Source of the DNA: an uncultured Candidatus Binatia bacterium
GTDB lineage: Bacteria; Desulfobacterota; Binatia; UBA9968; JAJDTQ01
Assembly (NCBI GenBank): GCA_965218305.1
Contig: OZ244617.1
Coordinates: 3,058,983-3,122,982 of the forward strand
Direction of reading: 5' to 3'
Length of the DNA stretch: 64,000 nucleotides
Shown: in pieces, positions 46,748 to 56,647 of the stretch
Layout: the number at the start of each line of letters is the position of its first letter
How positions within the stretch are numbered: position 1 is the first letter of the stretch
Position numbers and translations under genes: made by a program
Notes under the pieces: generated by a model
What the model was told of the DNA's origin: nothing
The model's database searches: none
The model's input: only the letters and a program-made list of their open reading frames with translations

Positions 46748-47917
46748 ATGAAACACAAGTTTACCCTACTCATCGCGATGGTTTTTGCGGGCCTGTTCGC
46801 CCTGGCGACGAGCATTTCGGCCCAGACCATCAAGATCGGCCTCAACATCCCGCTCACCGGCGATATTCCGAAGGTCGGTGAGGGCTCCAAGTTCGCGGCC
46901 GAGATGTGGCTATCCGACGTCAACGGCGCCGGCGGCCTCGAAGCCGGGAAGAAGAAGCACAAGGTGGAGCTGGTCATCGAGGACAACGAGTCCAAGGCCG
47001 AGTCAGCGGTGAAGGCCGCCACCAAGCTGATCACCGAGGACGAGGTGCTCGTCATCGTCGGCCCGCAGTCCTCCAAGCAGGCGGTGCCCGCGGGCGGCGT
47101 GTCGCAGGACCGCGCGACGCCGATGATCAGTCCGTGGTCCACCAACCCCAACACCACCAAGGACCGTCCGTACGTCTTCCGCGCCCCGTTCCTGGATCCG
47201 TTCCAGGGGCCGGTGCTGGCGAACTTCATCACCAACGAGTTCAAGTTCACCAAGGCGGCGGTTCTCTACGACGTGGCCAGTGACTATCCGAAGGGACTCG
47301 CCGAGTTTTTCAAGATGGCTTGGGAGAAGGTCCATGGCGCCGGCTCCGTAGTGGCCTACGAGAGTTTCACCACCAAGGACACTGATTTCAGCTCCCAGCT
47401 CACCAAGATCCGTGGTTCGGGCGCCCAGGTCCTGTTCACGCCCCAGTACTACAACGAGGTGGCGTTGATCGTGCAGCAGGCGCACCAATTGGGCTGGAAG
47501 GGTCCCATCGTGGGCAGCGACAGTTGGGGCTCGGCGGAGACGGTGGAGCTCTGCGGCAAGGACTGCTTCGGGTCGTTCTTCAGCACCCACTACGCGGCCG
47601 CCGGAGCCACCGGGGCGACCAAGGCGTTCATCGACCGGTACAACAAGGCCCACGGCTACGTGCCCGACGACGTGGCCGCCCTGACCTGGGATTCGCTGCG
47701 CATCGTCGCAACCGCCATCCAGGGCACCGGCGGGCTCACCGGCGACCTCAAGAAGGACCGTGCGAACGTCGCCAAGGCCATGGCCGGGATCAAGGAGTTC
47801 TCCGGCATCACCGGGAACATGACCTTCACCCCGGAGGGCGACCCCATCAAGTGCGCGGTCATCGTCCGCATCAGTGACAAGGGCCAGTTCGAGTTCTACA
47901 AGTCCGTATGCCCGTAG
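46748..47917 (+). CDS. Branched-chain amino acid ABC transporter substrate-binding protein (second paralogue)
   Basis: Signal peptide MKHKFTLLIAMVFAGLFALATSISA and Peripla_BP_6 fold. Confidence 0.8.
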   Translation: MKHKFTLLIAMVFAGLFALATSISAQTIKIGLNIPLTGDIPKVGEGSKFAAEMWLSDVNGAGGLEAGKKKHKVELVIEDNESKAESAVKAATKLITEDEVLVIVGPQSSKQAVPAGGVSQDRATPMISPWSTNPNTTKDRPYVFRAPFLDPFQGPVLANFITNEFKFTKAAVLYDVASDYPKGLAEFFKMAWEKVHGAGSVVAYESFTTKDTDFSSQLTKIRGSGAQVLFTPQYYNEVALIVQQAHQLGWKGPIVGSDSWGSAETVELCGKDCFGSFFSTHYAAAGATGATKAFIDRYNKAHGYVPDDVAALTWDSLRIVATAIQGTGGLTGDLKKDRANVAKAMAGIKEFSGITGNMTFTPEGDPIKCAVIVRISDKGQFEFYKSVCP

Positions 47918-48057
47918 GGTCGGCCCGGGTAACTTACGCGCGCCGGGCCGTACCGCGGTCCGGTAGCGCATAGCTCCCGGATTTCATCCTGGAGAAGGCG
48001 GGCCGGGACGAGAGGCCCGGTTCGCCTTGCTCGATAACCCATCCAAGTCGTAACGCC

Positions 48058-48981
48058 ATGGCGCTGTTTCTCCAGAACCTGGTGAATGCCCTGCAGTGGG
48101 GGAGTTTCTACGCCCTCATCGCCCTGGGTTACTCCATGGTCTACAGCATCCTGATGCTGTTCAACTTTGCCCACGGCGACATCTTCATGGTGGGCGCCTA
48201 TATCGGCTTCGGGGTCGCTGCCTCTCTGATCTATTTCGCCTCGCAAGGCACCCTCGCGCTGCCGCCCTGGTTGATCCTCGTCCTGACCATTCTGTTTGCC
48301 ATGTTGCTGACGTCCTTCGTCGGCATGATCGTCGAGCGGATCGGCTACCGGCCCTTGCGGGCCGCACCGCGCGCCTCCGCGGCCATCACCGGCCTGATGA
48401 TCGGGATCATCCTGGAGACCGGCAACCTGGCCCTGCTCGGCGCCCGGCGGTTCCGCTTCCCGTCCCTGATCGAGACGACCGTCTACGAGTTGGGCGGGGT
48501 CTTCATCACCAACAAGAAGATCATGATCGTGGTGGTGGCGTTGCTGCTCGCCACGGCCATGCACCTGTTCGTGCACAAAACCAAGTGGGGCCTGGCCATG
48601 CGGGCCATGGCGTTCGACTATGTGGCCGTACCATTGATGGGAGTGTCGGTTAACAGCATCGCCGCGCTGACCTTCGCCCTGGGCTCGGGGCTCGCCGCCG
48701 CGGCCGGGGTTCTCTACGCCCTCGCCTATCCCGTTCTCGACCCGTACATGGGCATCGTTTTCGGCTGGAAGGCGTTCGTGGCGGCGATCCTCGGCGGGAG
48801 AGGTTCGGTCATGGGGGCCACGCTGGCGGGCTTCCTGCTGGGATTCATCGAGATTTTCGTGGCCATGATCTTCCCCTCCACGTTACGCGACCTCATCGCC
48901 TACTCCATCGTGCTGGTGATCCTCATCGTCCGGCCGCACGGCTTCTTCGGGGAGCCCTACAGCGCGCGCCTGAGGCTCTGA
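48058..48981 (+). CDS. Branched-chain amino acid ABC transporter permease (LivH-like)
   Basis: 307-aa polytopic protein of the LivH family. Confidence 0.8.
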   Translation: MALFLQNLVNALQWGSFYALIALGYSMVYSILMLFNFAHGDIFMVGAYIGFGVAASLIYFASQGTLALPPWLILVLTILFAMLLTSFVGMIVERIGYRPLRAAPRASAAITGLMIGIILETGNLALLGARRFRFPSLIETTVYELGGVFITNKKIMIVVVALLLATAMHLFVHKTKWGLAMRAMAFDYVAVPLMGVSVNSIAALTFALGSGLAAAAGVLYALAYPVLDPYMGIVFGWKAFVAAILGGRGSVMGATLAGFLLGFIEIFVAMIFPSTLRDLIAYSIVLVILIVRPHGFFGEPYSARLRL

Positions 48982-48991
48982 GCGTCCGGCG

Positions 48992-50290
48992 GTGACCTTT
49001 GCCATGGACGCGGGTCGAACGATAAGCGGGTTTTCACGGGTCCCCCTTCTGGGGTGGCTGGCTGCCGCGTTCACCGCGGTCGTGCTGGAGATTCTGGTGG
49101 GGACGCCCCTCGCTCTCTTGCTGGGCCTCCCCAAGATCCCGGTTCTTTTCGGCGTGATCGCCGGGCTCAAGAAACCCGTACTGCTTCCCGGCGCGGCGGT
49201 ATACGTGTTGTTGATCTACGCCTTGCCCATTGCGGTCATCGCCCGGCTCGGCACCGGCCTTGCCAACCGGGCAGCGGGCCGGCTGCTCGTCTTCCCCCTG
49301 CTGGTCTCCGCGGCCGTCCACCTCGGCCTCTTGTACATCACCCTCGAGCTGTGGTCCGGCCTCAGCGACTATCGGGATCTCGTGCTGCGCTTCACCCTGA
49401 TCGCGATCATGGTCACCTTGAGCCTCAACGTGATCAACGGCTACATGGGGGAGTTCTCGTGCTCCCATCCCGGCTTCATGGCGGTGGGGGCTTATACCGC
49501 GTCGGTCCTGACCATCGACCTGTTCACCAACCACCGGGTGTTCGGCTCGGCGCTCCTGCCGGCCGCCCTGGGCCCGCTGATGTTTCCGGTGATCCTCATC
49601 ATCGGCGGCCTGGTGGCGGCGGTCAGCGCGCTGGTGGTGGCCATTCCCTCGTTCAGGACCCGAGGCGATTATCTCGCCATCATCTCGCTGGCGTTCATGT
49701 TCATCGTCAAGAGCCTGATCGAGAACCTGGAGTTCGTGGGCGGCGCGCGCGGCCTGGGCGGACAGCCGGACTGGGCCGGCCTGCCCACCGTGTTCCTGTG
49801 GACCGTCACCTGCGTGTGGGTCATCAACAATTTCGTGCGCTCGACGCTGGGCAAGGCGCTCAACGCGGTGCGGGACAACGAGATGGCCGCTACGGCCATG
49901 ACCGTGGACACGCGGTACACCAAGATGGTGGGGTTTCTGTTCGCCGCCTTCTGGGCCGGGGTGGCCGGCGGGCTGTTTGCCCATGTGCTCCGATACGTCA
50001 ATCCGGGCACCTTCAGCATACAAAAACTGGCTGAAGTCCTGGCGATGGTCTACTTTGGCGGGTTGAACTCGGTGTACGGCTCCATTGTCGGGGCCGTCGG
50101 CATCAGTCTCCTGGGCGAAGCCTTGCGGCCGCTCGAGATCTTCAAGTGGATCATCATCCCGCTGCTGCTCATCCTGGTGATGATCTATCGGCCCACGGGT
50201 CTGGTGGCCTTCAAGGAGTTCGACCCCGAGGCCATCCTCAAGCCGAAGACGGACCCGGAAAGGGAGCGCGATGCCCTTCCTCAAGGTTGA
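48992..50290 (+). CDS. Branched-chain amino acid ABC transporter permease (LivM-like)
   Basis: 432-aa polytopic protein of the LivM family. Confidence 0.75.
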   Translation: MTFAMDAGRTISGFSRVPLLGWLAAAFTAVVLEILVGTPLALLLGLPKIPVLFGVIAGLKKPVLLPGAAVYVLLIYALPIAVIARLGTGLANRAAGRLLVFPLLVSAAVHLGLLYITLELWSGLSDYRDLVLRFTLIAIMVTLSLNVINGYMGEFSCSHPGFMAVGAYTASVLTIDLFTNHRVFGSALLPAALGPLMFPVILIIGGLVAAVSALVVAIPSFRTRGDYLAIISLAFMFIVKSLIENLEFVGGARGLGGQPDWAGLPTVFLWTVTCVWVINNFVRSTLGKALNAVRDNEMAATAMTVDTRYTKMVGFLFAAFWAGVAGGLFAHVLRYVNPGTFSIQKLAEVLAMVYFGGLNSVYGSIVGAVGISLLGEALRPLEIFKWIIIPLLLILVMIYRPTGLVAFKEFDPEAILKPKTDPERERDALPQG

Positions 50291-51038
50291 CAACATCACC
50301 CACCAGTTTGGCGGCTTGCGGGCGGTGCACGACTACGAGCTGTCCATTGAACCCGGCCAGATCTGTGGGCTCATCGGACCCAACGGGGCCGGCAAGACCA
50401 CGATCTTCAACCTGATCACCGGCATCTACAACCCGACCCACGGACACATCTATCTCGACGGCGAGACGATCAGCGGCCTGCCGCCCCACCGCATCGCCTC
50501 TATGGGCATCGGCAGGACCTTCCAGAACCTGCTGCTGTGGCGGCACATGAACGTCCTGGAACACGTGAAGATGGCCCGTTTCTCGAGGATCGGCTATGGC
50601 CTGCTCGGGGCCTGCCTCGGCACGCCGCGCCGCCACCGGGAAGAGCGGGAGATCGAGGAGCGGGCTCTGGACCTGCTGGAAATGCTGGACATCCGCCACC
50701 TGGCCGATCAGGCCGTGCCCAACCTGCCGTACGGCGCCCAGCGGAGGGTGGAGATGGCCCGGGCGCTGGCCACCGAGCCCAGGCTGCTGTTGCTGGACGA
50801 GCCCACCGCCGGCATGAACCCCGACGAGCTGGGCCAGATCATGGAGATCATCCGGCGGGTGCACCGGGAACTGAACCTGGCGATCTTCCTCATCGAGCAC
50901 CGGATGCGGTTCGTCATGGAATTGTGCGAGAGGATCCAGACGCTGGACTTCGGCGAAGTGATCGCCGAGGGGACGCCGGAGGAGATCCAGAACAATCCCA
51001 GGGTCATCGAGGCCTACCTGGGAGCCACCGAAACGTAA
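50271..51038 (+). CDS. Branched-chain amino acid ABC transporter ATP-binding protein (LivG-like)
   Basis: Walker A GPNGAGKTT, Walker B LLLLDEPTAG. Confidence 0.85.
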   Translation: MPFLKVDNITHQFGGLRAVHDYELSIEPGQICGLIGPNGAGKTTIFNLITGIYNPTHGHIYLDGETISGLPPHRIASMGIGRTFQNLLLWRHMNVLEHVKMARFSRIGYGLLGACLGTPRRHREEREIEERALDLLEMLDIRHLADQAVPNLPYGAQRRVEMARALATEPRLLLLDEPTAGMNPDELGQIMEIIRRVHRELNLAIFLIEHRMRFVMELCERIQTLDFGEVIAEGTPEEIQNNPRVIEAYLGATET

Positions 51039-51043
51039 CGACG

Positions 51044-51754
51044 ATGTTGTTGTCCGTTGAAAACCTGCACGTCTCCTACGACCAGATCCGCGCCCTCCAG
51101 GGGATCGGCTTCGAGATCGACGAGGGCGAGATCGTCTGCATCATCGGCGCCAACGGCGCCGGGAAGAGCACCACGCTGCTGGCCATCTCGCGCATGGTGC
51201 CGGTGGAGGCGGGCTCCCGCATGACCTACATGGACCAGGACCTGCTGCAATACTCCGCCGACAAGGTGGTCAGCCAGCTCGCCATCTCCCACGTGCCGGA
51301 GGGAAGGCGCCTGTTCGACAACCTCACGGTGATGGAAAACCTGAGGCTGGCCTGCTTTGCCAGAAAGGACGACGGCATCAAACGGGATGTCGACCGGGTC
51401 CTGGCCATCTTCCCGAGGCTGGCGGAGCGGGAACACCAGAAGGCCGGAACCCTCAGCGGCGGCGAGCAGCAGATGCTGGCCGTGGGCCGGGCGTTCGTGA
51501 GCGGCCGCAAGCTCATGCTGCTGGACGAGCCCTCCATGGGACTGGCCCCGCTCATGATGAAGACCGTGTTCGATGCCCTCCGGGAGATCAACCAGGAAGG
51601 CACCACCATCCTGCTGGTGGAACAGAACGCGCGGCTGGCGCTCCAGTTCGCCGGCCGGGGCTACGTGCTGGAGAACGGCAACATGGTGCTGGAAGGGAAG
51701 TCCGCGGACCTCCTGGCCGACCCCGCGGTCAAGCAGGCTTATCTGGGCGGCTGA
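51044..51754 (+). CDS. Branched-chain amino acid ABC transporter ATP-binding protein (LivF-like)
   Basis: MLLSVENLHVSYDQIRAL N-terminus. Walker A GANGAGKST and signature LSGGEQQ. Confidence 0.8.
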   Translation: MLLSVENLHVSYDQIRALQGIGFEIDEGEIVCIIGANGAGKSTTLLAISRMVPVEAGSRMTYMDQDLLQYSADKVVSQLAISHVPEGRRLFDNLTVMENLRLACFARKDDGIKRDVDRVLAIFPRLAEREHQKAGTLSGGEQQMLAVGRAFVSGRKLMLLDEPSMGLAPLMMKTVFDALREINQEGTTILLVEQNARLALQFAGRGYVLENGNMVLEGKSADLLADPAVKQAYLGG

Positions 51755-51941
51755 GGGCCGCGCCCGCCGGCGCGGCCTGCGCGACCGCGCAGCCCACTTC
51801 CTTACCTCCTTCGCCGGATATCCGGTCCGGCACCCCCTGTTTCATTCTTTGTGAACATTGGCCAGGTTTTGCTGGAACGTTTGACTGGTATTGGAGCCAA
51901 CGGTTAGGTATGGGCAACAAATTTCTCAAAGGAGGACATCA

Positions 51942-52973
51942 ATGAGAAGTTCGGTACGTTTGATTTCGGTCGGCCTCGCGGCCGTGGTGCTGATGGCGGC
52001 ATCCCTGGCATCGGCGGGAACGCTCGACGACGTGCACAAGCGCGGACATCTGACCTGCGGCATCAATACCGGCCTGGTGGGCTTTGCCGCGCCGGACGAC
52101 AAGGGTGTATGGCGGGGCTTCGACGTGGACGTGTGCCGGGCCGTGGCCGCCGCGGTATTCGGCGACGCCGGCAAGCTCAAATACAAGAACCTCACCGGCA
52201 AGACCCGCTTCACCGCGTTGCGTTCCGGCGAGATCGACATGCTGTCGCGCAACACCACCTGGACCTTCAGCCGGGACGTGGACCTGCAGCTCACCTTCGT
52301 GGGCGTGAACTACTACGACGGACAGGGCTTCATGGCCCCCAAGAAGCTCGGCGTCAAGTCGGCCAGGGACCTCGGCGGCGCGTCGGTCTGCATCCAGACC
52401 GGAACCACCACCGAGCTCAACCTCGCGGACTTCTTCCGCGCCAACGACATGAAGTATGAGCCCGTGCCCATCGAGACCAACACCGAGGCGCGCACCAACT
52501 ATCTGGCCGGCCGTTGCGACGTGTACACGACCGACCGCTCCGGTCTGGCGGCGACCCGGGCCGCCACCGACAACCCGGACGCCCACGTGGTGCTGCCCGA
52601 GATCATCTCCAAGGAGCCGCTGGGGCCGCTCGTACGCCACGGCGACGACCAATGGGCGGACATCGTGCGCTGGAGCCTCAACGCCATGATCGCGGCCGAG
52701 GAAATGGGCGTGAGTTCCAAGAACGTGAAGCAGTTGGCGTCGAAGGAAAACAAGAACAAGGAGGTCAACCGCCTGCTGGGGGTCGAGGAACTGCAGGGCC
52801 GCGAGGCGCTGGGGTTGTCCAAGGACTGGGCGGTGAACGTCATCGCGCAGGTGGGCAACTACGGCGAGTCTTTCGAGGCTCATCTCGGCAAGAACACGCC
52901 CATCGGCCTCGCCCGGGGCCTCAACGCGCAGTGGACGGACGGCGGACTGCTCTACGCCCCGCCCTTCCGGTAA
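51942..52973 (+). CDS. General L-amino acid ABC transporter substrate-binding protein (AapJ/BztA-like)
   Basis: Signal peptide plus a type II periplasmic binding fold. AAAGGAGGA RBS upstream. Confidence 0.8.
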   Translation: MRSSVRLISVGLAAVVLMAASLASAGTLDDVHKRGHLTCGINTGLVGFAAPDDKGVWRGFDVDVCRAVAAAVFGDAGKLKYKNLTGKTRFTALRSGEIDMLSRNTTWTFSRDVDLQLTFVGVNYYDGQGFMAPKKLGVKSARDLGGASVCIQTGTTTELNLADFFRANDMKYEPVPIETNTEARTNYLAGRCDVYTTDRSGLAATRAATDNPDAHVVLPEIISKEPLGPLVRHGDDQWADIVRWSLNAMIAAEEMGVSSKNVKQLASKENKNKEVNRLLGVEELQGREALGLSKDWAVNVIAQVGNYGESFEAHLGKNTPIGLARGLNAQWTDGGLLYAPPFR

Positions 52974-53064
52974 GCCACGTCACATCATCGTGGGCCGTAT
53001 GGATCCGGTGTCCTGACGGGGCACGGCACCGGCGTTCCATACGGCTCATGCCGCAAGGGCGGGT

Positions 53065-54270
53065 GTGGTGAAACTTCCCGACAGACTCGGTGCGGCGTCA
53101 GGCTCCACGTTCAGCGTGGGGAGCCTGTGGTACGACGAGGCCGTACGCGGCGTCGCCATCCAGATCCTGGTCCTGCTCGGCGTCTTCGCGACGTTCGCCT
53201 GGATGATCGGGAATATCGTCGCCAACTTCGCCATCCTCAACAAGACATTCGGGTTTGACTTCCTCTGGCTCCCCGCCAACTACGACATCAATCAGACCCT
53301 GATCGAGTACAGCAACCGGGACACGCACCTGCGCGCGGCCGTCGTGGGCCTGCTCAACACGGGGCTGGTGGCGTTCCTCGGAATCATCCTGGCCACGGTG
53401 CTCGGATTCCTGGTCGGGATACTGCGGCTGTCGGAGAACTGGCTGGTCTCGCGCCTCGCCTACTTCTACGTCGAGTTCACCCGCAACACCCCCGTGTTGC
53501 TGCTGATCCTGCTCTGGCACGGGATCATCATCAACACGCTGCCGCATCCGCGGCAGGCCATGGCCCTCGGCGACGTCGCCTTCCTCACCAACCGGGGCTT
53601 CTATGTTCCCAAACCCCTGATCGAGTCGGGGTTCGAGTGGGTCGCGCTGGCCCTGGCGGCGGCGCTCGTGGGCGCGTTTCTCGTGCACCGCCACGTCCGC
53701 CACGTTCGCGAGACCACCGGCCGCCAGCTTCCCGGGGGCTGGATGTCCGCCGCCCTGATCGTCGCATTGCCGGGGCTGACCTTCGCGGCCGTGGGCGCCG
53801 AGCTGTCCTTCGAGGTCCCGGCGTTCCGGGGCTTCAACTTTCAGGGCGGCCTCTACCTCACCCCCGAGCTGGTGGCGCTGACCTGGGCGCTGGCGTTCTA
53901 TACCTCCGGCTTCATCGCCGAGAACGTTCGCGCCGGCATCCTCGCGGTCGACAAGGGCCAGATCGAGGCGTCGCAGGCCCTGGGGCTTCCGCGCGGACGG
54001 GTCCTGCGCCTGGTGGTCCTGCCCCAGGCGCTGCGGGTGATCATCCCGCCGTTGACCTCCTCGTACCTCGACCTCACCAAGAACTCGTCCCTGGCCATCG
54101 CCATCGGCTACATAGACCTGGTAGCGACCCTGGGCGGGATCACCCTGAATCAAACGGGGCGGGAGATCGAGTGCATGATGCTGGTCTTGCTGGTCTATTT
54201 GGCCATTTCCCTGAGTATCTCGGTGTTGATGAACTGGTACAACCGGCGCGTGCGGTTGGTGGAGCGCTGA
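53065..54270 (+). CDS. General L-amino acid ABC transporter permease (AapQ-like)
   Basis: 401-aa permease with the EAA-type loop (GFIAENVRAGI). Confidence 0.75.
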   Translation: MVKLPDRLGAASGSTFSVGSLWYDEAVRGVAIQILVLLGVFATFAWMIGNIVANFAILNKTFGFDFLWLPANYDINQTLIEYSNRDTHLRAAVVGLLNTGLVAFLGIILATVLGFLVGILRLSENWLVSRLAYFYVEFTRNTPVLLLILLWHGIIINTLPHPRQAMALGDVAFLTNRGFYVPKPLIESGFEWVALALAAALVGAFLVHRHVRHVRETTGRQLPGGWMSAALIVALPGLTFAAVGAELSFEVPAFRGFNFQGGLYLTPELVALTWALAFYTSGFIAENVRAGILAVDKGQIEASQALGLPRGRVLRLVVLPQALRVIIPPLTSSYLDLTKNSSLAIAIGYIDLVATLGGITLNQTGREIECMMLVLLVYLAISLSISVLMNWYNRRVRLVER

Positions 54271-55391
54271 TGTCCGTTCCCGTGACCGCAACCCCGACCT
54301 ATCCGCCCGGACAGCACCCGGACCTGCCGCCGCCGCCGGGCACCGCCGGCGTCATCGGCTGGTTGCGCGCCAACCTGTTCTCGTCGGTGTTCAACACGGC
54401 GCTGACCCTCGTTTCCATCTGGCTGATCTACGAGTTCGTCACCGCCGCCATCGACTGGTTCGTGCTGGACGCGGTGTGGGAAGCCGGCTCCCGCGTGGAT
54501 TGCCGCAAACAAGGCGACGGCGCCTGCTGGGCGGTCATCGCCACCCGCCTGGACCAGTTCGTCTACGGCTTCTATCCCGCGGCCCAACGCTGGCGCCCGG
54601 TGCTGACTTTCATCCTGCTCTTCCCCGCGCTGGCGCCGGTGCTGTTCGACCGTACGCCGTTCCGCCGTCAACTGTTGTGGTTCTCGCTGGCCTATCCCGC
54701 GGTAGGCGCCTGGCTTATCCACGGCGGCCTCGGTCTCCCGGTGGTGGACACGGACGCCTACGGCGGGTTTCTGCTCACCATGATCCTGGGCGTCACCGGC
54801 ATCGTGGCCTCTCTGCCCCTCGGCATCCTCCTCGCTCTGGGGCGGCAGTCGCGCCTGCTCGCCATCCGGGTGCTCAGCACGACCTTCATCGAGGTGCTGC
54901 GGGGCGTGCCGCTGATCACGCTGCTGTTCATCGCCCACACCATGCTCAATTACTTCCTGCACCCGGGGACCACCTTCGACCTCCTGATCCGGGTGCTCAT
55001 CATGGTCACCCTGTTCGCCTCGGCCTACCTCGCCGAGGCCGTCCGCGGCGGTTTACAAGCCATTTCCAAGGGCCAGTACGAGGCCGCCGACTCACTGGGG
55101 CTGTCCTACTGGAAGAAGACCTGGCTGATCACGCTGCCCCAGGCCCTCAAGATCGCCATACCCGGCATCGTCAACGTCTTCATCGGGCTTTACAAGGACA
55201 GCACGCTGGTAGTAATTATCGGGCTCTTGGACCCCTTGGGGGTGGCGCGGGCGGTGCTCGCTGACGCAAAGTGGAACGGTTTGTCCAACGAGACGTATCT
55301 TTTCATCGCGCTCTTCTTCTTCATCAGTTGCTTGGCCATGTCGCGTTACTCCCTTTGGCTTGAAGGACGTCTGAGCGTCGACAACCGGTAA
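54270..55391 (+). CDS. General L-amino acid ABC transporter permease (AapM-like)
   Basis: Start ATG overlaps the aapQ-like stop (TGATG). Pro-rich N-terminus and an EAA loop (YLAEAVRGG). Confidence 0.75.
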   Translation: MSVPVTATPTYPPGQHPDLPPPPGTAGVIGWLRANLFSSVFNTALTLVSIWLIYEFVTAAIDWFVLDAVWEAGSRVDCRKQGDGACWAVIATRLDQFVYGFYPAAQRWRPVLTFILLFPALAPVLFDRTPFRRQLLWFSLAYPAVGAWLIHGGLGLPVVDTDAYGGFLLTMILGVTGIVASLPLGILLALGRQSRLLAIRVLSTTFIEVLRGVPLITLLFIAHTMLNYFLHPGTTFDLLIRVLIMVTLFASAYLAEAVRGGLQAISKGQYEAADSLGLSYWKKTWLITLPQALKIAIPGIVNVFIGLYKDSTLVVIIGLLDPLGVARAVLADAKWNGLSNETYLFIALFFFISCLAMSRYSLWLEGRLSVDNR

Positions 55392-55400
55392 AGCATTTCC

Positions 55401-56189
55401 ATGGCCACCGTCGAAGAAACCACCCAGCGCATCCGATCCACCATCGATTCCTCCAAGGTGATGGTGGAGATCAACGGCATGCACAAATGGTTCGGCACCT
55501 TTCACGTGCTGAAGGACATCAACCTGCGGGTGACGGCCGGGGAACGCATCGTCATCTGCGGACCGTCGGGCTCCGGCAAGTCGACGCTGATTCGCTGCAT
55601 CAACCGGCTCGAGGTCCATCAGCAGGGGACGATCCAGGTGGACGGCACCGAGCTGACGCGCGACGTCAAGAACATCGAGCAGATCCGCTCCGAGGTGGGC
55701 ATGGTGTTCCAGCACTTCAACCTGTTCCCCCACCTCACGGTGCTGGAGAACTGCACCCTCGGCCCCATGTGGGTGCGCAAGCTGCCCAAGGGCGAGGCCG
55801 AAGAGATCGCCGTCCGCTACCTGGAGCGAGTGCAAATTCCCGAGCAGGCCGACAAGTTTCCCGGCCAGCTCTCCGGCGGCCAGCAGCAGCGGGTGGCCAT
55901 CGCGCGCTCGCTGTGCATGCAGCCCAAGATCATGCTGTTCGATGAGCCCACCTCCGCCCTCGACCCCGAGATGATCAAGGAAGTGCTCGACACCATGCTC
56001 GAGCTCGCCGAAACCGGCATGACCATGCTGGTGGTGACCCACGAGATGGGCTTCGCCCGCCGCGCCGCCGACCGGGTGATCTTCATGGACGGCGGCGAGA
56101 TCATCGAGGAGAACGCCCCCGAGCCGTTCTTCAATGACCCCCGGAACGAGCGCACCAAGCTGTTCCTGAGCCAGATCCTGTCCCACTGA
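55401..56189 (+). CDS. Polar amino acid ABC transporter ATP-binding protein (AapP/GlnQ-like)
   Basis: Walker [10 protein letters not shown], signature LSGGQQQRV and Walker [12 protein letters not shown]. Confidence 0.9.
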   Translation: MATVEETTQRIRSTIDSSKVMVEINGMHKWFGTFHVLKDINLRVTAGERIVICGPSGSGKSTLIRCINRLEVHQQGTIQVDGTELTRDVKNIEQIRSEVGMVFQHFNLFPHLTVLENCTLGPMWVRKLPKGEAEEIAVRYLERVQIPEQADKFPGQLSGGQQQRVAIARSLCMQPKIMLFDEPTSALDPEMIKEVLDTMLELAETGMTMLVVTHEMGFARRAADRVIFMDGGEIIEENAPEPFFNDPRNERTKLFLSQILSH

Positions 56190-56220
56190 GGCGCGGGCCG
56201 CGCCGTCACCACGGCTCCGA

Positions 56221-56560
56221 TCCCGTCACCTCGGACTGTTCCCGCCACCCCGGACTTGTTCCCGCCACCCCGGACTTGTTCCCGCCACCCCGCAACCCCT
56301 CTCCGTCACCCCGGACTTGATCCGGGGTCCAGGAGCGGAGGGGCAAGAGGGACGACAAGCAACACGCCCCACCACCGCCCTCTGGACCCCGGATCAAGTC
56401 CGGGGTGACGGAGAGGTGGCCCGTGGGTGACGGAGAGGTGGCCCGTGGGTGACGGAGAGGTGGCCGGTGGGTGGCGGAGAGGTGACGCGGGGTGACGGAG
56501 AGGTGACGCGGGGTGACGGAGAGGTAAGACGGGGGTGACGGAGAGGTGGCGCGGGGATGG
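56221..56560. repeat. Composite repeat locus, copy D. Four tandem 20-bp units, then a complete palindromic element, then ~7 tandem 22-bp units (GGTGACGGAGAGGTGGCCCGTG).
   Basis: 20-bp units at 56221-56300. Left arm 56305-56335 and right arm 56382-56409. The 22-bp tandem array runs 56404-56555 and reiterates the element's terminal sequence. It generates spurious repetitive ORFs on the minus strand. Confidence 0.85.
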
Positions 56561-56647
56561 CGGATTCGGCGCGACGACGGTGCCTGAATTTCACGGGCTT
56601 CTGTGTTACGTTCGTTGAATTCTTTGCCGTAAAGGGGCCGCGAGCAC

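Noticed and set aside
56221-56560. Possible CRISPR array
   Set aside because: Repeats are directly adjacent 20-22-bp units without unique spacers, and there are no cas genes. This is a tandem satellite, not CRISPR.
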